From the IMG/VR virus record IMGVR_UViG_3300025534_000023, positions 1 to 34,895 of that record: a stretch of DNA of 34,895 bases; one strand, given 5' to 3'. Source of the DNA: a virus. Taxonomy: Duplodnaviria > Caudoviricetes. The notes below the pieces were generated by a model. The model ran no database searches, was not told where the DNA came from, and worked only from the letters and a program-made list of their open reading frames with translations. Shown here in pieces: positions 8,950 through 17,896 of the stretch. Every line of letters starts with the position of its first letter. Positions within the stretch are counted from its first letter, which is position 1. Position numbers and translations under genes: made by a program.

Positions 8950-10447
8950 CGAATTCCAGCACCACGCCGAGGATCGTGGCTGGCAGCGGGTAGTCCTGCT
9001 GGAACATTACCCGGCCCTCCACGTCCCATGTGCCCTGGGTATGCACATACTGCTGCCCCGTGAGCATCCGTGTCGGCGCGCCATATGGCTCGGTCGTCCG
9101 CTCCTTGAACTCGACCAAGAGCGACCCCTTTTCCGGATTCACCACCCCAGCCTTGAGGCCGCGCGTGTTCTCGACCAAGACGCGGACCTTGGAGATATGC
9201 TTGCGCTTGCCCTGCACGGTCGGCGCGCCCTGCACGTCCAGCGGCAGAGTCTCCAACTGCGCCTGGATCGGCAGGCCAACGGTCACGATGCTCGCCGGCC
9301 GTGGCAAGGTAATCTTGCCGCCCCGCACCACCTGCTGCGGCTGCACGCTCCCATCCGCCAGGATCGAGACCGTCTCGCCCTCCAGATGATCGAGGCCGCT
9401 TATCTCAGTCGCCGGCTCGCCACGATACTGGAGACCGCAATCCACGAACCACGCCTCGCGCACGTCATCATTGCCAGGCCCGAGCAGCCGCGAGTGCATC
9501 CGCTCGATGGTCTGCACCTGCTGCCCATTGATGGTGCGCTGCACGACGAAATAGGCCGCGTCCTCGATGCCCTCGCTCACCACCGCCACGCTCTTGAACT
9601 GGCCGCCCACGGTGTCGTGCCGGTGCCAGGCATAGACCTCCTGCTCCTTCAGGTAGGTCAGGCCGAGAAGCATCCCGTCCTCGCGCACCGCCCAGACGAT
9701 CTTGTGCGGCTCCTGCGCCCAGGCCCATTCGATGATGCTGTGCCCGTAGAACAGATGCGGACTCAGGAGCGTGAGATCGGCCGCCACGTAGCTGTCGCTG
9801 TAGAAGCTGTAGCTCAGGCTGCGGACCGTGCTGCCCTTCTCGGTCACATAGAGCAGGTCATAGTTGATCACCAGCGGCACCACATGCGAGGCGCCCGCAT
9901 ATGCCTGCGGCTTGGCGATCACCGATGCTGGGGTGATGACGCCGCCATCGCCACCCGAAATGGCCCAGGCCCCGGCCGCGGTCAGCGCGATCAGATCGCG
10001 CATCGGCACCAGATGCCGGATCGCGTTGTTCTGCGTCGCCGCAAGCTGATAGGTGATCCCGTCATCCGCCCGCGTCGGGCGCGACACATCGAAATTGCCG
10101 TGATTCCCGCTCCGGGTCATCCACAACCCGGAGGGGTTCAGGTTGCTGCCGGCGAACACGCGCCGCTGCTGGTAGTAGGCCACGCAGCCCGGCGCATTCA
10201 CCGTCTCGTCGAGCGTCACCGTGAAAGCGGCGCCGCTGCCCGGCTGGAACGGGTCCACCACCCGGAGCGTCGGCTGAGTATAGTTGACCCCCCCGTTGAC
10301 CACCGTAACCGCGGTGATGACCCCGGAGTTGATGACCGGCACAAGCTGCGCCCCGGCCCCGAAGGGATCGGTGACGACGATATAGGTTTCGTTGCTGTAG
10401 TTGCTGCCGCCGCTGGCGATGCTTACGGCATAGATCGAGCCAGCCAT
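8936..10447 (-). CDS. Tail tubular protein B / nozzle, C-terminal part (503 aa)
   Basis: PGCVAYYQQRRVFAG, WMTRSGNHGNF, QEVYAWHRH, FVDCG, QDYPLPATIL motifs; own ATG after GAGGG. Confidence 0.88.
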   Translation of the reverse strand: MAGSIYAVSIASGGSNYSNETYIVVTDPFGAGAQLVPVINSGVITAVTVVNGGVNYTQPTLRVVDPFQPGSGAAFTVTLDETVNAPGCVAYYQQRRVFAGSNLNPSGLWMTRSGNHGNFDVSRPTRADDGITYQLAATQNNAIRHLVPMRDLIALTAAGAWAISGGDGGVITPASVIAKPQAYAGASHVVPLVINYDLLYVTEKGSTVRSLSYSFYSDSYVAADLTLLSPHLFYGHSIIEWAWAQEPHKIVWAVREDGMLLGLTYLKEQEVYAWHRHDTVGGQFKSVAVVSEGIEDAAYFVVQRTINGQQVQTIERMHSRLLGPGNDDVREAWFVDCGLQYRGEPATEISGLDHLEGETVSILADGSVQPQQVVRGGKITLPRPASIVTVGLPIQAQLETLPLDVQGAPTVQGKRKHISKVRVLVENTRGLKAGVVNPEKGSLLVEFKERTTEPYGAPTRMLTGQQYVHTQGTWDVEGRVMFQQDYPLPATILGVVLEFDVGT

Positions 10448-10454
10448 CCCGCCC

Positions 10455-11117
10455 TCACTGCAACCCGAAATCGTCGAGGGTATACAGGCTTTGAAGTTCG
10501 ACCTCGCCAATCGTCGTGCGGAGCTTCACCGGGGCGGTGACATTGGCCATCTTGAACACCACCACATAGGCCGCTCGCCACAGCCGGAGCCTGGCCTCGC
10601 GCAGCGCATGCACCGCGCCCCAAAAGGCGTTGTGCTGCGGGCTGGCGAGATCGTCCACCAGCACCACCGGCAGGTCATTCGGCTGCCCCTCCAGCCGGTT
10701 CCGCAGCCCGTAACTTTTCGGCTCCTTGCGGATCGTGAAGGCGTTGGGCGTGATGCCGTATCGCTCAGCCGCCATCAGGATTCCGGTCAACACCGGCACG
10801 CCGGCCGTCTCGATAGCCGCGACCTGGAACGGTGCCTCAGCATAGCCTGCGGCGTTGCGCGCCCAAAAATCCTCGCCAATGGCGCGCATGGCCTCGGCCG
10901 AAAGCAGAGGCCCACGCATATAGAACTGCCAGCGATAGACCCCCCCGCCATCGAGCCGCAGCAGCTCGCGCGACGTGGGGTCGGTCCGGACGATGCCGCG
11001 TTCAGCGATGGCCTGACGCAGCCGGGCAACCGGATCACTCGCCTCCGTCGCCTCCGCCATCGCCACCGTCGCCTCCGCCTCCGCCATCGCCACCGTCGCC
11101 TCCGCCGCCACCATCAC
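10455..11117 (-). CDS. Type I phosphoribosyltransferase, orotate-PRTase-like
   Basis: IETAGVP, FTIRKEPKSYG..LEG flexible loop and VVLVDDLAS PRPP-binding motif; start ambiguous (11117/11114/11087/11060). Confidence 0.82.
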   Translation of the reverse strand: MMVAAEATVAMAEAEATVAMAEATEASDPVARLRQAIAERGIVRTDPTSRELLRLDGGGVYRWQFYMRGPLLSAEAMRAIGEDFWARNAAGYAEAPFQVAAIETAGVPVLTGILMAAERYGITPNAFTIRKEPKSYGLRNRLEGQPNDLPVVLVDDLASPQHNAFWGAVHALREARLRLWRAAYVVVFKMANVTAPVKLRTTIGEVELQSLYTLDDFGLQ

Positions 11118-11157
11118 CGCCGTCGCCTCCGCCGTCGCCTCCGCCGTCGCCGGGATC
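11035..11157 (-). repeat. Low-complexity repeat encoding a Gly/Asp tail
   Basis: Repeated CCGTCGCCTCCG units encode DPGDGGGDGGGDGGDGGGGGDGGDGGGGGDGGDGGGDGGE. Confidence 0.9.
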
Positions 11158-12261
11158 GGAATAGCCGCCTGGCTGTTCCACCAGAGCAGTCAGTACGGCA
11201 CCACGGCCGCCCGCTCCTGGATCGATGATCGCCAGTTGCGGTGCGGTGTAGCCGCTGCCGGGGTTCTGCACCGTCACGCTGCGGATCACCCCATTCACGA
11301 TCACCGGCTGCAGCACCGCGCCCGAGCCGGTCGGGTCCGTCGCTATGATCTGCGTCGCGGGCGAGTAACCGGAGCCGCCATTCGTCACCGTGATCGCGGC
11401 GATGCCCGCCCCGCTGAACGGGTCGTAGTGGTCCGGCGGGGTGGTGGTCGTGTCCGGCGCGACGTTCAGATCCTCCATCGAGGTGGCCGCCGTGCTGCCA
11501 ATGAAGGACCAGGTGCCCTGGTAGTAGCGGTACACGTTGTAATAATCTGCGCTCGCTACCGCATTCCAGGAGATTACATTCTTGGTGCCGTAATTCCCGT
11601 TGTAACCGAGATCCCAGTTGGTGCAGGTGGCAGCATCGGAAAGCCGCCCTTCCTCCGGCGGGTTCAGCCGCGCCGCGGTCACAGCGTAGGTGTAATCTCG
11701 CTTGGCCGACTCGCTCGGCCCGCCGCCGCTCGCCGCCGCCGTGACGTTGCCAGGGACACCGAGAGTCGGGCCAAAGGTCAGGCGGGAAAGCCGCCAGTCG
11801 GTCTGGCCGTACCGGCGCAGCTCGCGCACCGCATAGTGCGGGTGGCAGAGGGTCAGGATGTCGTTCGCCTGCGCGTATTTCAGCAGCGCCAGGTCGTTAT
11901 GGGCATAGGGCGTCGCCACCTCGAAGGGCACGCCATCCACCATCAGAGGCGCGCCGTCCGCGATGAAGCGGATGTAGTAGTCGCCGAACTCCAGGATGTA
12001 AGTCTGATCCGAGTTGTAAACAAAGGGGATCAGCCGCACCGTCCTGTCCGGGTATTTCGTGCGGCAAACGAACTGCGTGCCCGGACGGTTGCTGGCGCCG
12101 CCCTGCGCATGGACGAAGAAGTTGCGCATCGTCCGCGCGCCGGTATGCCACTTCGCCAGATCGGTCCTGGCATAGAGCGCGGGTGCCAGTTCGCCCGCCG
12201 TAAAGGCCGGCTGAAGGCCGAAGTAGGGCGTCGGCCCGTTGGCGCGGATCGGTCCCAGCAT
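11035..12261 (-). CDS. Tail tubular protein B / nozzle, N-terminal part (408 aa)
   Basis: QPAFTAGELAPALYARTDL, NFFVHAQGGASNRPGT, LIPF, LEFGDYYIRF motifs; ATG immediately after the tube A stop. Confidence 0.88.
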   Translation of the reverse strand: MLGPIRANGPTPYFGLQPAFTAGELAPALYARTDLAKWHTGARTMRNFFVHAQGGASNRPGTQFVCRTKYPDRTVRLIPFVYNSDQTYILEFGDYYIRFIADGAPLMVDGVPFEVATPYAHNDLALLKYAQANDILTLCHPHYAVRELRRYGQTDWRLSRLTFGPTLGVPGNVTAAASGGGPSESAKRDYTYAVTAARLNPPEEGRLSDAATCTNWDLGYNGNYGTKNVISWNAVASADYYNVYRYYQGTWSFIGSTAATSMEDLNVAPDTTTTPPDHYDPFSGAGIAAITVTNGGSGYSPATQIIATDPTGSGAVLQPVIVNGVIRSVTVQNPGSGYTAPQLAIIDPGAGGRGAVLTALVEQPGGYSDPGDGGGDGGGDGGDGGGGGDGGDGGGGGDGGDGGGDGGE

Positions 12262-12263
12262 GG

Positions 12264-12926
12264 CTATGGCGCTGCCTTGAGCAGCGGTTGCGCCTGCCAC
12301 GGATCGGCCAAACCGCGCACCATCAGCCAATCGGCCTCATGGTTGTCCACCACCACCGCCTGGTTCGTGGTTGCCGCCATGGCTGCCGCGATGGCATTCT
12401 GATAGCCCTGGCTCATGGCGGCCATGATCTGCCCGTTGCCGGTCAGCGGCACCGCGATCTCGGTCGCCAACTGCCAGGAGAGTGCCGCGACGAAAAACGG
12501 CTCCCACAGGCCGGGATTTGTCACCCGCGCCGTGTAGACCAGCACCGCCCCGTCCTGATTGGTCCACAGCGCCGCGAAGTCGTTACCGTAATCGTCCTTC
12601 CCGAGCCCGCGCTCAAAGCGGATCGGCGCCGTGTTCAGCGGCGAGAGCGTGCTGGCGCAGGGGGCCAGCAGCCCGCGCACCCGGATGCAGTCGGCCGGGA
12701 GCGCGTACTGATAGGCCCATTGCTCCGGCGGGGTGCCGGAGAGGGCGAGCGCCGCATGGCGCGTGGCGAAGCGCCAGGCATGCGCCTCCAGCGTGGCGTC
12801 GCGCGCCTGGTCGAAGAACATCCTGCAATAGAAGGCTTCCGGTGCCGCCTCATCAAGCGAGGTCAGAGGCGTCCGGGAGCCGATGCGCGCGAGCGCCAAG
12901 TTGCAGATATCGAGCGGGGTTGCCAT
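12264..12926 (-). CDS. Tail tubular protein A / adaptor (T7 gp11-like)
   Basis: LDICNLALARIG, HAWRFA, WAYQYALPADC motifs. Confidence 0.88.
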   Translation of the reverse strand: MATPLDICNLALARIGSRTPLTSLDEAAPEAFYCRMFFDQARDATLEAHAWRFATRHAALALSGTPPEQWAYQYALPADCIRVRGLLAPCASTLSPLNTAPIRFERGLGKDDYGNDFAALWTNQDGAVLVYTARVTNPGLWEPFFVAALSWQLATEIAVPLTGNGQIMAAMSQGYQNAIAAAMAATTNQAVVVDNHEADWLMVRGLADPWQAQPLLKAAP

Positions 12927-12981
12927 CCGTCACGCGCTCCGCTCGCGGCCGAGCACGCGGCCCGGCCGCTCTGCTGCGGGG

Positions 12982-13146
12982 TTACTCGCCGGCCTTGCGG
13001 CCGGCACGCGGGGCCGGCGGCTCCTCAGCCACCGGCTCCAGGTTCGGGCCGGGCGTCATGACGGAGGTGTCCACCTCCACCACCTCGCCAGGCTCCACCA
13101 GCCGCTCATTGATGTAACTGGTTTCCATCACACGAAACTTCGCCAT
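12982..13146 (-). CDS. Small hypothetical virion-module protein (54 aa)
   Basis: Manual translation MAKFRVMETSYINERLVEPGEVVEVDTSVMTPGPNLEPV...; fills gap between cement and tube A. Confidence 0.7.
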   Translation of the reverse strand: MAKFRVMETSYINERLVEPGEVVEVDTSVMTPGPNLEPVAEEPPAPRAGRKAGE

Positions 13147-13157
13147 CGGTCAGGGCC

Positions 13158-13583
13158 TCAAGCCACGTAGTTCTTCGAGTAGTAGCGCAGGTTGTCGCGG
13201 TCCACCGACAGCGAGGCATGCACCTTGCCGGCGGTCAGCGGGCCGGTGCCCACCACGTAGTTCAGCCGGAGATAGCGGCTCGTGATGCTCGGGATCTCCA
13301 TCTGGACGCCGCCATGCGGCGCGTCCGCCGTGAAGCTGGCAATGCCGATCGCGGGCGTCTCGACCAGCGTGGACCAGGAGGAGCTGTCGGCCGAGGTCTG
13401 CACCTGCACCTGCACCGTCGCCGAACCGGACGCCGTGGGCAGCTCGGTGAAGCGGAAGTTCAGGTAGAGGTGCGAGATGCCGATGTCGCGGGCCTGCGAC
13501 AGGTCGATGACGTTGGTGGAGGCGCGGGACGTGGTGAGCGCCGCCGCGTCGTCCAGCAGCAGGAGAGCGTCAATGATCGCCAT
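13158..13583 (-). CDS. Capsid cement/decoration protein (Bbp16-like)
   Basis: MAIIDALLLL, STNVIDL, RYLRLNYVV, TAGKV motifs; directly after the major capsid gene. Confidence 0.85.
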   Translation of the reverse strand: MAIIDALLLLDDAAALTTSRASTNVIDLSQARDIGISHLYLNFRFTELPTASGSATVQVQVQTSADSSSWSTLVETPAIGIASFTADAPHGGVQMEIPSITSRYLRLNYVVGTGPLTAGKVHASLSVDRDNLRYYSKNYVA

Positions 13584-13598
13584 GGGTTGGTGCTCCTC

Positions 13599-14651
13599 TC
13601 AGACCACGCGGGCTTCGGTGGTCAGCAGCGCGTCCACGACCCGGATCGGGATGCCGCGGAAGTTCAGCACCGGGCGCCCCTGGATCTCAGAGAGCGTCAG
13701 GAACGCGCGGCTGTCCTTGCGCTGCTGGATGTCCAGCCAGGTGGCGATGGTGCGGTTGCAGTAGATCGCCGGCCGTCCGAAGGAGAGCGGCACGCCGCCG
13801 CGCGCCTCGGTCGCGCTCTGCACGTTGGCAGCGGCCCGCGGCATCACCGGGACCTTGTGTATCGCCTGGATCAGCAGGTTTACGAGGTCCGGAGCCGAGC
13901 CGCCGCCGAGCGCGTTCACGTCGATATTGCAGATGCGCACGACGAAGCGCCAGTCGCGCACCGTCAGGCCGCAGTCCCACTTGTAGTGGGTCTGATATGC
14001 CTGATACGGGTTGCCGTTGGCGTCCAGCACCGGCGCCGGGGTGGTCACGTCCTCCATCTGCAAGCCGGCCTTGCTGCCCTTCGGGAAAATCCCGTGGACA
14101 GTCGTCGGCCCCCAGCAGACCAGCCAGATCGAGGTGTTGGTGCTGCCCGTGCCGCCCGCATCGATGACGTTCGCGGCGTTCGCGGCATTGGCCGGGTTCA
14201 CGGTCGAAAACCGCGGCGCCAGGCCGAGGAACCGCTCCGGGTTGACCTGCGTATTGCCGTAGAAGATGGTCGAGGCCATCTGCTGGTTCATGCCCTCAAG
14301 GAAGGCCATGTCCTCAGTCAGACGGAAGGCAGCCGGGTTGCCTGAAAGATCCACCAGCGCCTTATCGACGAGGCTGTAGGTCTCCAGCATGCCGCAGGTG
14401 TCGGTGATCTGCGCCGTGGTGGACTTGCCGCGCGGCACACCCTGGTTCAGCAGGCGCCAGTAGGCCATCGGCAAGCCGGTGCGGATCGTAGTCTTGTAGC
14501 CCGTGGGCAGGTTGCCCTCGACCCACAGCATGTCATCCAGGACTTCGTTGGTCTGCGAAAGCAAGTTGATGATCGGCGCGATCTTGCCGTCCGGGTCGAT
14601 GCGGGTGGCGTAGTCCGCCAGGGTCAGGGCGGTCGCGGAGAGTGTTGCCAT
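13599..14651 (-). CDS. Major capsid protein (BPP-1 Bbp17-like)
   Basis: LSQTNEVLDDMLWVEGNLPTG, HGIFPKGSKAGL, WDCGLTVRDWR, FRGIPIR motifs. Confidence 0.93.
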   Translation of the reverse strand: MATLSATALTLADYATRIDPDGKIAPIINLLSQTNEVLDDMLWVEGNLPTGYKTTIRTGLPMAYWRLLNQGVPRGKSTTAQITDTCGMLETYSLVDKALVDLSGNPAAFRLTEDMAFLEGMNQQMASTIFYGNTQVNPERFLGLAPRFSTVNPANAANAANVIDAGGTGSTNTSIWLVCWGPTTVHGIFPKGSKAGLQMEDVTTPAPVLDANGNPYQAYQTHYKWDCGLTVRDWRFVVRICNIDVNALGGGSAPDLVNLLIQAIHKVPVMPRAAANVQSATEARGGVPLSFGRPAIYCNRTIATWLDIQQRKDSRAFLTLSEIQGRPVLNFRGIPIRVVDALLTTEARVV

Positions 14652-14737
14652 GGAAGGGGCTCCATCTAAGGGATGCGGCGCCTCACGGCGCTGCGTTGCT
14701 GCCCTTGCCCAAGGGACCGCTTATCGGGCTGGGCCTG

Positions 14738-15433
14738 CTATCCGGCCATGGATGGGTAGAGGTACGATGCGTACCCCTCCAGCGAATGCTCGATGGCGGG
14801 GCCAGGAGTCTTGCCCGGCTGGATGATCCGGTCCTCACCCATGGCCTTGCCGATCTCGATGAAGGCGCGAACGATGGCCGGATGGTTCCCGGCGCCGGTC
14901 AGGTTCAGCGCCTCGCGCAGCGCATCGCCGCCATAAGCATCGAGGACGCGGGCCGCGGCTTCCTTCGCCTCGGGCAGCAGAGCCTTGCCGTCGCTGAGCG
15001 TGCGGTCGGAGAGGATTTCCTTCGCCCACGCCGCCTGTGTGTCGGTCCATGCCTTCACGGCCTCCTGCCGGAGAGCCTGGACATGCTCGATCAGCTTCGG
15101 CGTGAGCTTGTTGAACTGCTCCTGCGTCAGCCCGGCCTCTCGGGCGGCCTCCTGGTAGGAGGTGAGCAGCCCCTCATCCAGCACCACGCCCTCTGGCGGG
15201 GTGAACTCGTACTTCTCAGGGACGGCCGGGGCTTCCGGCTTGCCCTCGCCCTCGCCCTCCGGCTTCGCGCCCTCGCCTTCCTGCGCGGGCTGCGTCTCGG
15301 CCGGCGCCGGATCGGTCTTGGCGTCGCCGAGGAGCGAGGAAGGCGCGGCAGGCGCATTGGCCGCTGGCGCCGGGCTCGCGGCCTCGGGCGCCGGGGCGGC
15401 AGGGGCGTCGGTGACAGTCGTCGTCTCAGACAT
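14738..15433 (-). CDS. Capsid scaffolding protein
   Basis: Acidic Pro/Ala-rich N-terminus, PEKYEF, GAGNHPAIVRAF, LYPSM; precedes capsid gene. Confidence 0.82.
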   Translation of the reverse strand: MSETTTVTDAPAAPAPEAASPAPAANAPAAPSSLLGDAKTDPAPAETQPAQEGEGAKPEGEGEGKPEAPAVPEKYEFTPPEGVVLDEGLLTSYQEAAREAGLTQEQFNKLTPKLIEHVQALRQEAVKAWTDTQAAWAKEILSDRTLSDGKALLPEAKEAAARVLDAYGGDALREALNLTGAGNHPAIVRAFIEIGKAMGEDRIIQPGKTPGPAIEHSLEGYASYLYPSMAG

Positions 15434-15469
15434 GGCAGCACGCTATGCGGGCCACAAAAAAAGACTCGC
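15434..15469 (-). promoter_or_regulatory. Putative late promoter copy 3 (leaderless), scaffold-capsid
   Basis: GCGAGTCTTTTTTTGTGGCCCGCA-TAGCGT-GCTGCC-ATG. Confidence 0.8.
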
Positions 15470-15477
15470 GGGGGGGG

Positions 15478-15795
15478 TTATTCAGCGCCATCAGCAGGCG
15501 GAGCCAGGAGCGCATGCACCGCCGGCCAGGCTGCCGGGGTCCAGGCCATGAGCAGTTGGAACAGCAGCGCGCCGACGCTGCGCTGCCCCTCGCGGAACGC
15601 CGTGTGCAGCGGGTCGCCCGGCGTGTGGCTCTGGTGCAGGTAGCCTGACTGCCGCAGCAGGTCCGCAACGATGGCCCGGCCGCCGGGGGTGGCAACCAGG
15701 GCGTGCCAGGCATCGCGACGCATCACAGCCTCGGCCAGCATCTCGCGCTCGCGGTCGGCTACAGCCTGCGGGTCGTGGGGGTCGTGCTGGGTCAT
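15478..15795 (-). CDS. Bbp19-like conserved head-module protein
   Basis: TPGGRAIV...TAFREGQRSVG motif; between portal and scaffold. Confidence 0.75.
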   Translation of the reverse strand: MTQHDPHDPQAVADREREMLAEAVMRRDAWHALVATPGGRAIVADLLRQSGYLHQSHTPGDPLHTAFREGQRSVGALLFQLLMAWTPAAWPAVHALLAPPADGAE

Positions 15796-16151
15796 TGAAG
15801 CCGCGCGGCCAGGATCGCTGGGTCGGCCAACCGTGGGTCGTTGGCTGCGTCGCGCGCCATACTCCGGCTATCCCAGCTGTGCTTCCGGCCGAACTCCAGC
15901 AGCCACTCCCTCAGCCGCTTGCCCTCGCGCGTCTCACACAGCATCTTGCGAGCAGCGTTCCATACGTCGCCAGCGCCAATCATGCCACCGCCGTTATGGT
16001 TAAAGAAGACGACCAGCTCATGGGCGAGCTGCGCGATGCGGTAAGCGGTGTTTTCGTCTTCCAGCCTCTCACGCCATGTCGCGGCGCAATTCCATTCGAG
16101 GATGGCGTCGATGTTCATGGTCGGCATCTGTACGGTTGCCGGCTGCGTCAT
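15792..16151 (-). CDS. Hypothetical protein (119 aa)
   Basis: Starts right after the portal stop; ATGA overlap downstream. Confidence 0.65.
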   Translation of the reverse strand: MTQPATVQMPTMNIDAILEWNCAATWRERLEDENTAYRIAQLAHELVVFFNHNGGGMIGAGDVWNAARKMLCETREGKRLREWLLEFGRKHSWDSRSMARDAANDPRLADPAILAARLQ

Positions 16152-16153
16152 GC

Positions 16154-17890
16154 TTACCTTCCCAACATCATCTGCAACGCATTCTGCCCGGCGCCCGTCT
16201 CGGTTTCGCTCAACACCTTCGCCCCCTGCGCCAGCGCCAGGCCGCCTTGCATCGCCTCGGCCATCGCCTGCTTCTGCGCCGCCGCCTGCCGCATCTGCGC
16301 CACCTCGTCGTCGCCGCGGATCACCCGCGCATCCACGCCCAGCAGGTCGGCGTAGCGATCAATGGCCTCGTCTGCGTTGAGCTTGTCGAGGACGGACGGG
16401 ATCGCCGCCGCGAGGTTGCCCGCGAAGCCGAACACCCGCTCGATCGATGTTGTGCCCACAGCCTTCTGCGCCTGCGCCAGCAGCGAGATGTAGTCGGGCG
16501 CTATGTGCTGCCCGGCCAATGCCTCGGGTGGCGGAGGCAGCAACCTACCCCGCGCCATGATGTTGAACACGATGTCGATCAGCGGGTTCAGCGCCTCGTC
16601 GTGGAACCGCTCCAGCATAGGGCCGAGCATGAGGAGCTTTTCCTCGTGCCGCTCGTCCACCTCGCGCGCGGTCATTTCCCGCCGGTCGGAGCCGGCGAAC
16701 ATGGCGAACAAATCCGCCCGGAACGCCTGACGGATCAGCTCACGCGTCTCGACGATGGACTCCTGAAGACCCTGGATGTTCGGCGGCACCTCGTAGACCG
16801 GCTTGAGCCCGGCCGTGGAGCCGCTGGGCACGAAGTTCAGCCCGCCCGGCAGCAGCGAGACGATGCTGTTCTGGAGGGACGCATCGCCCACCAGCGGCGG
16901 CTTCACGATCTTGTCTACGGCCTCGGCCTTGCGCCTCTGGAGAAGCTGCAGGGTTTTCACGTCGGGCAGGGCTTCCTCGGCAGGGCCGTGGCCGTAGACC
17001 TCGGTCGTCACCACGTCCCAGCGGGGCGCGATGGCGGGAAACTCGTGGAAGCCGCTGACCCGCAGCGCCTGGTCCGCGCGCCGGCCGTACTCGTACCACA
17101 CGGAGAGGAACGGCATGCCGCGCCAGCCCATCCGGCCCGGCACGCGCATGTGGTTCGGCTCGATCGCGTGGACGATCTGCACCTCGCGGCCAAGCTGGTT
17201 CGCCCGGTAGAGGCTCTGCACGGCGTCGGAGCAGTTCTCCAGCCCGAACTCCTTGACCATCTGCTCGACGGTCAGGACGTATTCCCGGTAGAGCGTGTTG
17301 ACGATCAGCCGCTCATCCACCGCCAGCATGTACTCGCCGGCCGTCAGCGGATAGCAGCGGATCACGTCCTCGTAGTCCTGGACGATCAGCATCACCCCGG
17401 TGCCGAATACGGCCAGCTCCTCGAACAGGCTCGCCATGCCGTTGTAGAAGTTGGACACGGCAAAGACACGCATCATGCGCTTCTGCACCTCGTCCAGCCA
17501 CAGCTTGACCTCGGGCAGGTCCGCGAGATCCTGATCCTGCACGGTCAGGCGGAACCAGTTGCGGGCCGGCGAGGTGATGCCGGCCATGAGGAAGGAGGCC
17601 AAGTCCTTCACGGCCTTGGTCGCCGTCCGGTCCACGATGGACTGCTGCTTCTGCGCCCCGCGGTTGCCGGGGTTCATCGCAGGCGGCATCACGAACCGCC
17701 CGCGCTGCGGCATGATGTACTGGCTCAGCTCCCGCCAGGTGGCGAAATGGCTGCTGCGGTAGGTCCGCATCTCCGTCAGCCGCTGGTCGCAATGGCGGAT
17801 CAGGTCGCGGAAATCGTCGCCCCGGTACTTCGCGGGCTTGGTCGGCTCCGCGTCGCGGGGCAGCGGGCGCCAGGTGGAGCCGTCAGGCAT
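16154..17890 (-). CDS. Portal / head-tail connector (T7 gp8/Bbp21 family)
   Basis: GITSPARNWF, FGTG, YGHGP, MTAREV..R.EEK motifs. Confidence 0.93.
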   Translation of the reverse strand: MPDGSTWRPLPRDAEPTKPAKYRGDDFRDLIRHCDQRLTEMRTYRSSHFATWRELSQYIMPQRGRFVMPPAMNPGNRGAQKQQSIVDRTATKAVKDLASFLMAGITSPARNWFRLTVQDQDLADLPEVKLWLDEVQKRMMRVFAVSNFYNGMASLFEELAVFGTGVMLIVQDYEDVIRCYPLTAGEYMLAVDERLIVNTLYREYVLTVEQMVKEFGLENCSDAVQSLYRANQLGREVQIVHAIEPNHMRVPGRMGWRGMPFLSVWYEYGRRADQALRVSGFHEFPAIAPRWDVVTTEVYGHGPAEEALPDVKTLQLLQRRKAEAVDKIVKPPLVGDASLQNSIVSLLPGGLNFVPSGSTAGLKPVYEVPPNIQGLQESIVETRELIRQAFRADLFAMFAGSDRREMTAREVDERHEEKLLMLGPMLERFHDEALNPLIDIVFNIMARGRLLPPPPEALAGQHIAPDYISLLAQAQKAVGTTSIERVFGFAGNLAAAIPSVLDKLNADEAIDRYADLLGVDARVIRGDDEVAQMRQAAAQKQAMAEAMQGGLALAQGAKVLSETETGAGQNALQMMLGR

Positions 17891-17896
17891 GATGGG

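Noticed and set aside
10455-11117. Calling the gene pyrE
   Set aside because: Fold motifs are present but the sequence after the PRPP motif is divergent (DDLASPQHN rather than DDV.TTG.S) and no pathway partners are present
10447-11160. Intein, intron or single sequencing frameshift explaining the split nozzle
   Set aside because: No intein terminal motifs or homing endonuclease; the insert is a full PRTase with its own stop, and the C-half has its own RBS and ATG
14652-14737. Hairpins between scaffold and capsid genes as an ncRNA
   Set aside because: Short GC-rich stems without a U-tract or recognisable family
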